From positions 128,776,001 through 128,840,000 of the forward strand of contig CM059432.1 of the NCBI GenBank assembly GCA_030390025.1: a DNA stretch of 64,000 nucleotides. The letters run 5' to 3'. The notes beneath the pieces are model-generated. The model saw only the letters and a list, made by a program, of their open reading frames with translations, was not told the DNA's origin and made no database searches. This document shows positions 1-11,989 of this stretch, in pieces; within the stretch, counting starts at the first letter, position 1, and each line of letters starts with the position of its first letter. This DNA is from Squalus acanthias (taxonomy: Eukaryota). Both the position numbers and the translations under genes were made by a program.

Positions 1-600
1 AGGAAGCAAGGACAATGTGGATTTAACCATACTTAGCTTATGTTCCAGAACGAAAATACAAACTGACCTGTTTGTTCAAAATATGATTAGATAAAAGTGA
101 AAGTTTAAACACAGATTCATAGTTATTGTATTTACTAGAATTAGACTGTCGAGATTTTTGGGGCGAGGATTTCTGTGGTAGAATAAAACTTCCATTAAAA
201 GCTTTTTTCGGGTCAGCCACTCCCGAACTGACCCGACACCAAACGGCGGGAGAGGCAGTTAAGGCAGTTAACAGGTCGTTAACTGCCTGGATAATCCTAT
301 TTTAAAGGCCTGATCTGATTTTACAGGTTTTTCACCATGCTGCCCGCCTTCATAAGAACTCGCCAGGTGAATCGAGCCGGGCTGAGCTGGGAGCAACTTA
401 AAAGCGGTCCTGCAATCTCTCATTCTTTCACATGCCACAACTTAGAGGTTTGAGGTTTGGGAGACATTTTGCAGCTCAACTAATCTTGTGAGTGTTGAGG
501 CTGAAATCCATCTGCTGTGTGACCTCCTTGGAATACCCTCTGGCCACTTTGTCTGAGTGCACACAACCTCCATTCCTCGACTGAGATATATACCAGCGGG

Positions 601-1778
601 ATGGGAACCATTTACATCCTCTCATCCTGGTCGTCAGATTCGGAGGAATAGCAGCCGCGGCAGCAGCGCAACCAGGCACAGCAGCAGCACCAACAGCAGG
701 AGCGCCAACCTTCTCCTCAGCCTCCTGATGCTGCACAGGGCAGAGGGCGTCAGCGCAGGCCTGCACCTCGCCGCAGGAGATACCCCCAACACAGGGTTAA
801 CAGGCAGAGGATGAGCTTCCTCAACATGAGTGAGCAGCAGTGCCAAAGGAGGCTGAGACTTCTGCGAGACGTAGTCACTGACATCTGCGCAATGCTGCAC
901 CAGCACCTGGAACCTAGAGGAGTGTGTGGACACTCCTTACCAGTGGCTGTCAAAGTCACCATCGGACTCCAGTTCTTTGCTTTGGGCTCCTTCCAGGGAT
1001 CAGCAGCAGACATCAGCGGCATCTCTCAGCCAGCCGCACACACCTGCATCACGCAGACTACCGATGCCCTCTTTGCAAAGGTGCACAATTACATTCACTT
1101 CTCCACAGAAGAAGCAAGTGTCACCGCGCGTGCGGTTGGCTTTGCAAATGTGGCAGGCTTGCCAAGGGTGCAGGGCGTCGTAGACTGCACACATGTGGCC
1201 ATTAGGGCACCCCATCACAACCCAGCTGTTTTTGTCAACCACAATGGCTTCCATCCCCTTCACGTCCAGCTGGTGTGTAACCACAGGAACATCATCATGC
1301 ATGTTTGCGCTAAGTACCCTGGCAGTTGCCATGACTCCTTCATCCTGCGGCAGTCTACTGTGCCTCAGCTCTTCAATCCGCCAACCCAAATTTCCGGATG
1401 GCTACTTGGCGACAAGGGCTATCCCCTGAAAAAGTGGCTCATGACACCGATGAGGAGGCCTTCAAACAAGGCTGAGGAGGAGTACAATGTGAGCCACATT
1501 TCCACCAGAAGCATCATAGAGCAAACCATCGGCTTTCTCAAAAAGCGATTCGGATGCCTTGACAGATCTGGTGGAGGCCTGCAGTATGCACCAACATGGC
1601 AGAGCAGCGTGGCTTAGTGCTCCCTGAGGAACAAGTGGCTCAGCGCAGAGCATCCTCAGAAGAAGAGGAGGAGGACGAGGCGCACCTTGCGGGTCCAGAT
1701 ATGACCAATGCAGCAGCTCTCAAGCTCATTGCTGGCCATCATGCAAGGGATGCACTCATCCATGCCAGATTCGTGTAA
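601..1778 (+). pseudogene. Harbinger (HARBI1-like, DDE_Tnp_4) transposase, disrupted
   Basis: ORF 811-1617 has the [23 protein letters not shown] and IEQTIG motifs (D-D-E triad). An in-frame ATG at 601 is followed by a premature TAG at 649-651. After GGGLQYAPT the usual CxxLHN segment is missing and the frame shifts into ORF 1596-1778 (acidic tail, ARDALIHARF). AATAAA at 1861-1866. Confidence 0.92.
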
Positions 1779-2078
1779 TCTTACTCTTCAACCACAGGTG
1801 GCTGGCATATGGCTATGAATTTGTAGATGACCTTCCTAAACTGCCATACATCATCTCTCCAATAAACGGTTCTTTCCTATCACTTTCACCATCATCATTA
1901 CAAATGCAAGTTGCCCTTAGCCCTCATTGTGCAACTTCCATTTCCCAGAACACATAGGCCAGAACTTCAACTGTTTGCCATCACTTTAGTTTAATACATT
2001 CACAAAAGGATGACAATGGCAAATATTAAACAGAACAAAAGACAACAGAACAAAACACCCAAGTGACTACCCTTGTGA

Positions 2079-3995
2079 CTATTTGTGCTTTATCTTCCTC
2101 TTACGTGTGCTTCTACGTGGTGCTTCCCCTATGGCTTCAGCAGATGTAGAGGCTCCTTGCTCACTTGGATGCTGCGCCTGCTTAGATGCCTTTGGCGGGC
2201 ATCCTCTGAGTTTGGGAGCCTGGGAGGGCTCTGCAACAGTCTGCTCTTCCTGCGGCTGTGATGGGGCTGAAATGGCTATCTCAGTTGGGTGTGGAATGTG
2301 GGTCTCTGGCCGAGGGCTCCGCAGTGGCATGGTCGTGTGAGTGCTTGGAGAGGAGCCCACACTTCCTTGTTGCCTGCCACCAACATCCCTCTCTTGGGTC
2401 AGCCGCACTTCAGTGCTAGCAAGTGGCTGGAGAGCACCTTGCTGCACATCAGGGGGGCCATGAGAACCTGTCTCTGTACCTACAGTCCTCATCACAAGGA
2501 CGTCCATGAAGCTCTGGTGTCTCTCCTCAATAGATGCCCATCTCTCCTCCATAGCAGACAATCTATTTTGAAGAGTCACCATGTTTTCATGAGTCTGGCG
2601 ACTTATGTCCTCCATGGCGGTTGCCACCCTCTCCATTGCGGAACGTTCATGTGCCATTGCCTCCACAAAGGCAGTGCTCATGTTAGAGATGGGCTCCTCC
2701 ATTCTCTGCACACTCGCAGTTACCCTGGATGCAAACCCTGTCAGAGACTCCTGCACTTGTTCCTGGTGTTCCAGCACCACTCTCTTTCTGGATGGCCCCA
2801 GAGGCACAGCGTCTGCATGCAGCTGAGCAGAGCTAGGAGAGTCCTGCGACCTCCAACGAGGACTCTCCATTGTTGTCGCTGTCTCCACTATCTGCTGATG
2901 CTCGCTTGTGAGCTGTGATACACCAGGTGACAACACTACTCTATGTCGCAAAGGCCCTGCTGAGGTGCACGTCTCTGCGCTGGTGCTGGGTGTGCTGAGT
3001 AATGGTGACGCTGCTCCCTCAGAGGCTGCAGGTTCCTCTGAGGAGTCATCTGGCTTTTCCTCATGGACACTGGGGAGGGGGGCGTTCGATGGTCCTGTGG
3101 GAGAGTAAAGGCATGAGTTAGACATCTGATTTGTATGTAGCAGACACATCCTTTTCTGCAGACGATACAAAGTGAATCTCTATGAACATCATATGCCATT
3201 GCAGTCAATCATGAAATCTAAATGAGAGGGGTGAAACTCTATTCTGTCACCAGCTTCATCTAGTGCGCCCGACTCTCCATCCTCCACTTCCAGCTCCTCG
3301 CCACCTCCAACGATCTCGTGCACAGCCTCCTGAGCACTTGTCGATGTAGCGAGGGATGGTGGACCTCCTCCTGTCTTTGCTGACTCCCTCTTATTGTGGG
3401 CTATCTTTTCCAGCAAGGAGGGACACAAGTGGAGTTTCAGTGAGAGTGATGGAGTGACTGTGAAGAATCCATAACATAGAAGGTTAGAGGGAGACAAAGA
3501 TGGAGTGAGGTGCCAAGAGTAAGCTAGTTCCCTGTGCGTTGTTAGTTGTTGTCATTGCATAACAGTGATAGCGAGTGTGAGGGGTGCATAGTAGGATGGT
3601 GAGGTGATCCAGTACAGAGAGAGAGAGATGGATAGGTAAGGGTGCTAGGGAAGTAAGGGTAAGGTGGGATGTGGAGGAGCAGGCTTACAAAGCAGAGTGC
3701 TGGTGAGGAGAAGAGAAGGGAAGCAGATTGAAGGTAAGAGTGATGTGATACTTACTTCAGCTGATCGCAGGAGATCATTAAACCGTTTCTGGCACTGGAT
3801 CCAGGTGCGTGAACAAATGAACCTTGCACCGACCTCCTCAGCAATGCGCAGCCAGGCTGCCTTTGTTTGCTGAGGAGGCTTCCTCCGGTCATCGGGAGGG
3901 AACAGAATCTCCCTGCGCCCTCTTACTCCCTCCACAAGAGCTTGGAGGGAGTCCTCATTAAACCTTGGAGCAGCCTTCGGTTTGGAAACACTCAT
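2079..3995 (-). CDS. Harbinger Myb/SANT-like DNA-binding protein; 3 exons (3995-3756, 3410-3251, 3094-2079), 471 aa if spliced; intron-1 acceptor mutated
   Basis: Exon 1 encodes APRF..SL..LV..V..RR..LF..W..IA..V......RTW.QC.KRFNDL (Myb/SANT). Exon 2 has the typical NKRE..KTGGGPP linker. Donors GTAAGT (3755) and GTGACA (3250), acceptor ccacAG (3096-3095). Exon lengths 240+160+1016=1416 nt keep frame to the stop at 2079. The exon-2 acceptor reads ttgcTG instead of AG. ATTAAA on the minus strand at 1995-1990. Confidence 0.82.
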
Positions 3996-4059
3996 TGTGG
4001 CCTGGGCCCATTCACACACCAGCAGGAGCAAGAAATGAAAGGCTGAGGCTGCATGGGAC

Positions 4060-4220
4060 CCTTAAAAATATCTGCACCAATGACGTCATCAGAGGCGACT
4101 AACTGACCCGATCCCACTCATTGGACCGGCCAGTGCGCACCACGGCACTTAAGGGGCCAATTAAATTAAAATTTCAACTCGGGAGTGGCTGCAGCCGACA
4201 GCGGGTCCGGACCCCGCCCA
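4060..4220 (-). promoter_or_regulatory. Putative promoter of the Harbinger Myb/SANT gene
   Basis: TATA-like TATTTTTAA (about 4070-4062), palindromic CRE TGACGTCA (4081-4088), CCAAT (4124-4120) and a GC box (about 4212-4219) just upstream of the ATG at 3995. Confidence 0.4.
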
Positions 4221-4286
4221 CCAGGCAGCCCGACATCAAGCCGCCTCTTCAATTAAATTCGCGGCTCAGTTGGTAGCCCATTTTAT

Positions 4287-5570
4287 GGAGGGTTTTTAAC
4301 CTAAAAAAATGGGTAGGTTGGGGGGGTGTGGGAAGTTAAAGTGTTCAAAATCTGAATCCCGACCAGAACCCGCCTCCAACCCACCAACTTCTGTTTTTAA
4401 CGGTGGCGGGATGCGATGAGGCGGGGTGGTGGGGCGGGCAGCCAATCCGCTGCCAGGAGGCGGGTTGTCTATTTAAATATTATAATGAGGCTGGCAGCCT
4501 CTGCTTTAACCTCCATTTTGAATTTAACTTTAGCTGGTTGGGTTTTGCAGGCCTCGTGAAACCCGCTAGTTACAGCAAGGCGAGGACTGCTGCATCCAGG
4601 AGGTAAGTGCCTTTACACCTTCCTCCTGAATCCAGCATCCCTGCCTCACCCAACCCCACGATCAGAGATCCCCCACAAGTCCTCCGAACCCCCCCCCCCC
4701 CGCCCCGCTCCTCCTTCCCGTCCCACCCCGCTCCTCCGGCCCCCGATCTCTTCAAACCGCCCCCCAACCATGCCCCTCCGCCCCCCGATCTCTTCAGACC
4801 ACACCCCCGTGCCCCTCCCGCCCTGCGATCTCCCCCCCACCCCATGCTCCTCCCGCCCTGCGATCTCCCCCCACCCCGTGCTCCTCCCACCCAGCGATCT
4901 CTGCCCCCCACTCCGTGCCCCCGCCACCCCCGCAATCTCCCCCACCCCGTGCTCCTCCCGCCCCCGATCTCCCCCCACCCCGTACCCCTCCCGCCCTTCG
5001 ATCTCCACCCCCACCCCGTACCCCTCCCGCCCCGCGATCTCCGCCCCCACCCCGTACCCCTCCCGCCCCGCGATCTCCGCCCCCACCCCGTACCCCTCCC
5101 GCCCCGCGATCTCCGCCCCCACCCCATAACCCTCCCGCCCTGCAATCTCTGCCCCCCCACCCCCACAATCGCTTCCGACCACCCCCCTGCTATTCCGGCT
5201 GCCCCCCCCCGGCTCCTGATCCTCTTCCCTCTCCCCCCCGACCCCCGATCTTCTTGCGATCCTTCCTCCGTGCTCCTCCGGCCACCCCCTGCCCCTCCGA
5301 TCCTCTTTGCACCCCTCCCCCCCAGTTCCTCCTCCAGCCAACCCCGGCCTCCACATGATCCCTTCCTCCCTCCTCTCTGCGGCCTAGCGTCACAGGCCTA
5401 TCTACCCGGAGCCAGCCAGCCTCTCAATCTGGCTGGCAGCAGGTGGGAAACAGAGGCTTCCCATGCAAATCAGGCCCAGCCGTTAAATCGGCAGGGCCTG
5501 CTGGAAACCTGTTCTCTGGGTTTCCTGACCGTTTCAGAGCCCCCCTCGCTTCCCCATTAAAATTCAGCCC
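4287..5570 (+). mobile_element. Non-autonomous Harbinger-type MITE (family A) with internal C-rich minisatellite
   Basis: Starts ggagggtttttaacc, ends aaaattcagccc, flanked by TAT/TAT. The first about 330 nt are homologous to 33667-34000 and to the reverse complement of 26500-26763 and 42790-43156. Confidence 0.75.
4690..5165. repeat. C-rich minisatellite, about 33-36-bp unit containing cgatct
   Basis: Repeated cccgccccgcgatctccgcccccaccccgtacccct, read in the ORF track as PHPVPLPPRDLR repeats. Confidence 0.9.
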
Positions 5571-7816
5571 TATATCTCTCCTGATTTTTTGTTCCATTGA
5601 CGTCAATGCGATAGAGATGTAAAAATGGCTGCTGACTCTTCCTCACTCATTTTACACTATGGCGCAAATTCAAGATCTACCCCAAACTCTTCTTCTGCAA
5701 GTATGTGTAGTGGACACGCCCCATAGGCGGACTGATGTGCAATCACATTGCTCACCTATTTACCTGGAAATCCTCATTATCCAACCAGTACACTTACAAC
5801 ATGGGTAAAAAGGAGCACAAGAGAGACGTGCTAAAAGTTAAAAAATAGGAAAGGCTTTCCAGCCCAAGTTGGATTCTCAATGGGAGAAAATAATTTGTTT
5901 TCTGATTTTTTAAAGCTGCTGCAAGATCTGCAACATAAATAGGAACATACAAATGGCAGCAAGGGAGGACAAGGCGGGTGTTGGTGAAAATGTCAGCACA
6001 TTCCTGGGCAGCCTGGTGGGAGCAGGGAGGGCTGATCTGTGTTTCCCCAATGATCTCATGACCTGACAAGGCCATTATGGTGTGTCACGCTGGCCCCAAA
6101 ATCCACAACATATCATATATCGCTTCATCTTTCACACCCATCAAATTGCTTCCGTTGTATCTTTATTTTAATCAATGCAAGTGGTAGTTAGAGTGACACA
6201 GATAACAAGTGGGTACATTTTGGAGGCTTCCCTGTAGTGAATGACACTTGCACACTGAAAATATCTAAATGTACGTTTTTGGCAAAATGGTGCAAATATT
6301 TTTTTTACAAAATGTGCTAAACTAGAAAAGCAAATGGTCCTCCTCACCTGTTCTGTATTGTGTCTAGAAATTCCACACAGAACTTAGGTTTACCAAATTA
6401 CATTTTTGGCTATAATACATGGTTCTGATAATTGCAGGTTCTCTAATTACGTTTAGCGAGGTATGATAAAAAAAAACCTGAGATTCCTTTTAAGTCCTAT
6501 CGGGACCATCGAAGGGCATGAATGTGAAATAATCTCCATACAATCCTATGTTTGTTCTCATCCCCAGCAGCGAAATATTTCTTTCTACTGCGCTGTTGAT
6601 GAATAATGGAAGTGGGAGTATTCTAACCTGCAGCTTACAGTGTCCACAACCATTGACTTGGAAAATCCTAGAATCCAGTTAACACGTATGATCACCAAAG
6701 TGCCACAGTCTGGGAATCTCTTAAACTGATGAACTTAGACATGGAAAATTGCAGCCTTTTTGAAGAGCAAGTAAAAATCAATGGAATGACCTCTTTGGGG
6801 CAATACTGTAAAATCTGCTGTATAACTTGTAATATAAGATGGTAAACATGTATAACAAGTATAAATTGCAGCTCCATGAATAATTATGTTCTTTAAGGAA
6901 ATGACTTATGAACTGGAGCAATTGGCAAGGCTTTTACCAAAACAGCACCGATAAAACCATTGAGTGACCACTGCGATTTATACAACAGATTTTATGCTAC
7001 ATGTAAAGGTTTCAAGACAGCAGAGCTGCTCAGTGATGTTGGTTTTCAGATCCAAATTGATTTGGATTGAATAGTGAGGAGCAGATCTATTCTTCCCACC
7101 ATTTAAGTGGATTATTGGGGGAACACAGATGCAAGTCCCCTCCCTCTCACCAGGCTGTCCAGGAACATGGGAATATTTTCACCAGCGCCCGTCTTGTCTT
7201 CACTTGCTACCAGTCTAACTTAAAAGAGCTATGGGGATCATGTTTTATTGCAATGAGGGTTTTACACAATTTGAAACCAAGTGAAATAAATGTGAAGAAT
7301 GTATTATATTTGCTAGAGAAAATGTTTGATTATGAGATTTCTGCTATAATACTACTTACTACAAATGAAATTGAATATTGAGCTTAAGTCAACCGAATGA
7401 AACCAATTTGGATAAATTTGTTAATTTAGCTCAATTTGGCCAAATTCATTAATCTAACTCTAGGAATGTAATATGCAATCTATTGAGGCTGAGGTAAAAG
7501 GCCTCTTGGTAAATATCTTCTATTTAATCCACAGTAGGCCAATGGGGAAAAGGTTTGTGCTACTGTATGACCTTGTGATTGTTATCTGTATGTCCAGTCT
7601 TTGGTCATGGCTGGTCAGGAAGGGTTATGTGTGGATTTGCAGTGGCTATCTGTCCATTTCCTCGTAGTCTCGAGGATAATGATGATGACAGCTCACCTGA
7701 TTTTCAAATTTACCCAATATTTATCCCTGCTGCTTATGGTTCAAATGAACAATGGAAAAAAATAAGTTGAAGAAAATTAATTTCTGTTTGGCAAGGTATT
7801 AATGTACTAGAATCAA

Positions 7817-9178
7817 TGGATGGATTCTAGCAGAGTGCGCTGGTCAGCCACCCATTCCAGCGGTAAACAGGCCCGATTTAACTCGCCAGATTGAACAGTG
7901 AAAATTGGACCGGAGCTGCCGCCAGCAAGGTAAGTTGTGATGAGGGTCGCGATTGCGGAGAGTTGGATAATGGCTCCTCCTAGGCCTACAAAAACAATTG
8001 AACACTTACGTTTAGTTGGCCTCTTCTCTTCATTCGCCCATGGAACTGATCGGAGTTTGCACTGCGCATGCTCTGACCCGTTCCTACCTAAAATGGCAAC
8101 CGGGGTTCTATTTACGTCATAGGACATCGATTTCCATATTAAAAAGGGCCAATTGCCTGAATCAGGCAGGCGCTTTGGACACCCGGCAGTAGGCCCCTTT
8201 TTGAAAAAAATAATTCTCGGAATATAGGAGTTGCTAGCAAGGTCAACGTTTATTGCCCATCCCTAGTTGCCCTTGAGAAGGTGGTGGTGAGCCGCCTTGA
8301 AACATTGCAGTCCATGTGGTGAAGATACTCCCAACAATGCTTTTAGGGAGGGAGTTCCAGGATTTTGACCCAGCAACAATGAAGGAACGGTGATATACTT
8401 CTAAGTCAGGATGGTGTGTGACTTGGCAGGGGACCTGGATGTGATGGAGCTCCCATGCACCTGCTAGGTGGTGGTGGTCAGTGGTTTGGTAGATGCTGTC
8501 GAAGAAGCCTTGGTGAGTTGCTGCAGTGCTTCCTGCTGTTAGTACATACAGTAGCCATGGTGCACCACTGGTGGAGGGAGTGGATATTTAAGGTGGTGGA
8601 TGGGCTGCTGATCAAGTGGAATGCATTGTCCTGGATCGTGTCTAGCTTCTTGAGTGTTGTTGCAGCTACACCCATTCAGGTAGGTGGAGAGTATCCCATC
8701 ACATTCCTGACTTGCATCTTGTAGGTGGTGGAGAGGCTTTGGGGAGTCAGGAGGTGAGTCACTCGCCACAGAATGCCCAGCCTCTGACTGGCTCTAGTAG
8801 CCAGTTAATTATGTGGCTGGTCCAGTTGAGTTTCTGGCCAATGCCAACCGCTAGGATGTTGATGGTGGCGGATTTGGCAATAGTAATGCCATTGAATGTC
8901 ATGGAGAGGTGGTTAGACTCTCTCTTGTTGGAGATGGTCGTTGCCTGGCACTTGTGTGGTGCAAATATTACAGCCCAAGCCTGGATGTTGTGCAGGTTTT
9001 GCTGCATGCAGACATGGACTGCTTCATCATCTAAGGAATTGTGAGTGGAGCTGAACATTGTACAATCATCTTTTAAAATGGAGCCGGCCGCATCGGTGTT
9101 AATGGGGTGATAAGGCTACTGACCCCATTATGAGGCCATTACCGTTAATGCCAGGTGAGGGCTTTCAAAATTGACCCC
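7817..9178. mobile_element. Degraded MITE-like element interrupted by a LINE
   Basis: CpG-rich segments 7817-8195 and 9070-9178 on either side of a LINE. The right end aaaattgacccc matches the terminal pattern of the other MITEs. Confidence 0.45.
8200..9070 (-). mobile_element. 5'-truncated CR1-group LINE (same family as 13692-15137 and 30580-31225)
   Basis: Minus-strand fragments LKKLDTIQD.A..LI, SLHQW.T.A.VC; tail caagggcaactagggatgggcaataaa. Confidence 0.85.
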
Positions 9179-9540
9179 ATTGTGTGATAGGCTTTTGTGA
9201 ATTTTAGTTACATGTAGCTAATTACTTTTACTTTCCATCTCTACAATGTTGTGGTACCAGCAATAGGTCAAACAGGGGTTCTTATATTTTTAGTCAGGGA
9301 GATCAGCACAACTATAAGTCTCAGAGGAACAGAAACTGAAAGAAATGAAGGATTACAGCAAGATAGGAACAGAGAGTGTCACAGAGACAATGCAATAGAG
9401 TTGTGGTGAACTGGAAACCAAGGGAGTTTGATGAAGAGTTCAGATGGTGACAGAGAAAAGGGCAAGGCTTGGGAATTTTAACCAGTTTTTAATTGAAAAC
9501 TTATTCAATCTCCATGTGTTCTCCAGGGATTAAGTTGCTC

Positions 9541-10312
9541 GAGGGAGAAATTCGGTAGCGCCCAGGAAGGGGCGCTAACTTTTGAGAAGTTGGAAATTTA
9601 GCGCCAGGCGCTAATTAATCTCGCTGCCCACTAAATTCAGTCTCAGCGCTCAAAGAATGCAGGGGAGCGCTAAATCAGGCGCTAATGCCTTAGGTGAGTG
9701 GCGTTAGGCTCCAAGCGATAAGGAATATGAGGTGTTGTGTAATTAGGAGTGAGCATTGGCGAAGGCACCTTTCAGCCATTAAAGGGGAGGATCACTGGAG
9801 TCTGCACATCAGCCCCCAATGATTCTGGGAGTGCAGAACGGTGATATTCTGTGGGATGAAATGCAAAGTGCTTTGATGACCTGTAACACTCCGGGGACTA
9901 AGCAGCCTTTACTTGGATGCAGATACATCCTGTGCTCTCTGCCACTCATAACTGACCTTTGGAATGGAAGTTCCTTGACAGCTGGGGCACATCCCTATAA
10001 GTAGCACCCCGCCAGCCACCAGCTGGCTGGTTCACGCCTCCGCTCCCTGGCGCTGTCGGTGTGAGGCGGTAAGGCAGGGAGCGCTACTGAAGTTTGTAGA
10101 TTGGGTGCCCAGCGAACGTTGCACACTCACTGACGTCACAATCTGCATGGTGAAAGGGACTGAGGCACTAACTGTTATCGCCGGTGCCACGGGGCCAGCG
10201 AATTTGCCATGAGGCGCGGGATTCGCCCTGCTGCGGCGCTACTGCCTGTGCGCCCCATTAGCGCCCCCGCCAGGCACTAACTGGGGGTGCTAACCTACTG
10301 AATTTTGTCCCC
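9541..10312. mobile_element. Harbinger-type MITE (family B, rich in ttagcgcc motifs)
   Basis: Inverted termini gagggagaaattcggtag / ctactgaattttgtcccc. Reverse-oriented homologue of 41680-42442 and 59465-60309. Confidence 0.75.
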
Positions 10313-10359
10313 TTCAGAACTAAAGCTTGCACTATTAGAGACCCTTTTTTGGTTTAGGT

Positions 10360-11243
10360 TGTGTGGTTGATAATGAAGAAGGAAGCTGTAGACTGCAGGA
10401 GGATATCAATGAACTGGTCAGGTGGGCAAAACAGTGGCAAATGGAATTCAATCCAGAGAAGTGTGAGGTAATGCATTTGGGGAGATCTAACAAGGCAAGG
10501 GAATACACATTAAATGGTAGGACACTGAGAAGTGTAGAGGAACAAAGGGACCTTGGAGTGCAGGTCCACAGATCCTTGAAGGTAGCATGCCAAGTAGCAG
10601 GCCAAGTAGATAAGGTGGTTAAGAAGGCTTACGGAATACTTGCCTTTATTAGCCGGGGCATAGAGTACAAGAGCAGGGAGGGTATGCTTGAACTGTATAA
10701 AACATTAGTTAGGCCACAGCTATTACAGGAAAGATGTGATTGCACTAGAGAGGGTACAGAGGAGATTTACGAGGATGTTGCCTGGACTGGGGAATTTTAG
10801 CTCTGAGGAAAGATTGGATAGGCTGGGTTTATTTTCTTTGGAACAGAGGAGGCTGAGGGGAGACCTTATTGAAGTGTATAAAATTATGAGAGGCCTAGAT
10901 AGAGTGGATAGGAAGGACCTATTTCCCTTAGCAGAGGGGTCAACAACCAGGGGGCATAGATTTAAAGTCATTGGTAGGAGGTTTAGAGGGGATTTGAGGG
11001 GAAATTTCTTCACCCAGAGGGTGGTGGGGGTCTGGAACTCACTGCCTGAAAGGGTGGTAGAGGCAGAATCCCTCACTACATTTAAAAAGTGCTTGGATGT
11101 GCACTTGAAGTGCCGTAACCTACAGGGCTACGGACCAAGAGCTGGAAAGTGGGATTAGGCTGGATAGCTCTTTGTCGGCAGGAGCAGACACGATGGGCCG
11201 AAATGGCCTCCTTCCGTGCTGTAAGTTTCTATGATTCTATGAT
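10360..11243 (+). mobile_element. CR1 (HER1-like) LINE, 3' fragment
   Basis: C-terminal ORF2 motifs WQMEFNPEKC, ERVQRRFTRM, RRLRGDLIEVYK, FFTQRVV..WNSLP; tail ttctatgattctatgatt. Confidence 0.93.
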
Positions 11244-11989
11244 TAGGCTTACAAAATCAAAATCAAAGCCAAAGACTTGAGCACTCATCCCTAACGCCTT
11301 GGGTACAAAATCACGGAAACATTGCGGAAGACAAATATAGCATCATTTACTAGAAAATGTCATAAACTGGACCAATTCCTGTTTCTAGATTAGTAGAAAC
11401 CTCAGTGACCAGTACTATGTGGAAGTGATTGCAGACCAACCGGACTGATAACAACCGTTAGCCATTATCAGTGATAAAATGACAAGCAGGGCCTCTGATC
11501 TACGCAACCACCTCTACCACCAATCAATCAATTTTGACAGCATTCTAGGAGCCCCAACAGTTATTTTCTACTGAATGAAGACAAAACCCTAAGTGGTTAT
11601 GAAACATTTTGACCAGTAACCCTTGATTCTCACTATCAAGAGCTTTTACTGCTGAGGTAATTTCCTCACTTGCACTGGTGTCAGCCTAAGTAAAGCAGTG
11701 TGCAAGCAAGTTGAGGACATTTTAAAGCCAACTTTGTTAAGGTTTTAGGAAGTTGTGAAATTGTGCAGCGGATGATCAGCAAGGAACTTTTATTAGGAAC
11801 ACCGAACTGCAAAACAAAATAATAAACTGACACAAACGGTTTTATCAAGATTTCAAGCTTTAAGCTACAGTGAATAAGGAAAAGTATTAACTGGAAATAC
11901 AGTCAGCGTAGTTAATTTCACGGGTAGAAATCAACATAATATGGCTTGCTTGTTGAGGTGTTGAGCATATCACAATATTAACAAATTTA

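Larger units (their letters stand above)
146..4266. mobile_element. PIF/Harbinger DNA transposon, near-complete two-gene copy, probably inactive; termini approximate
   Basis: Convergent DDE transposase (+) and Myb/SANT gene (-), the canonical Harbinger layout. A subterminal inverted 13-mer, cagccactcccga (214-226) / tcgggagtggctg (4179-4191). Candidate termini tgtcgagatttt / aaattcgcggct match only about 8/12 and no clean TSD is seen. Confidence 0.88.

Noticed and set aside
811..1617. Domesticated host gene HARBI1
   Set aside because: Upstream in-frame stop, frameshifting deletion, adjacent Myb partner gene and related decayed copies indicate a transposon copy.
4570..5560. Pro-rich/Gly-rich ORFs (also 33946-35526) resembling extensin or collagen
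   Set aside because: Translations of C-rich minisatellites inside MITEs, open in most frames.
6430..7770. Short open frames with splice-like signals
   Set aside because: No recognisable protein motif and several stops; a coherent gene model could not be built.
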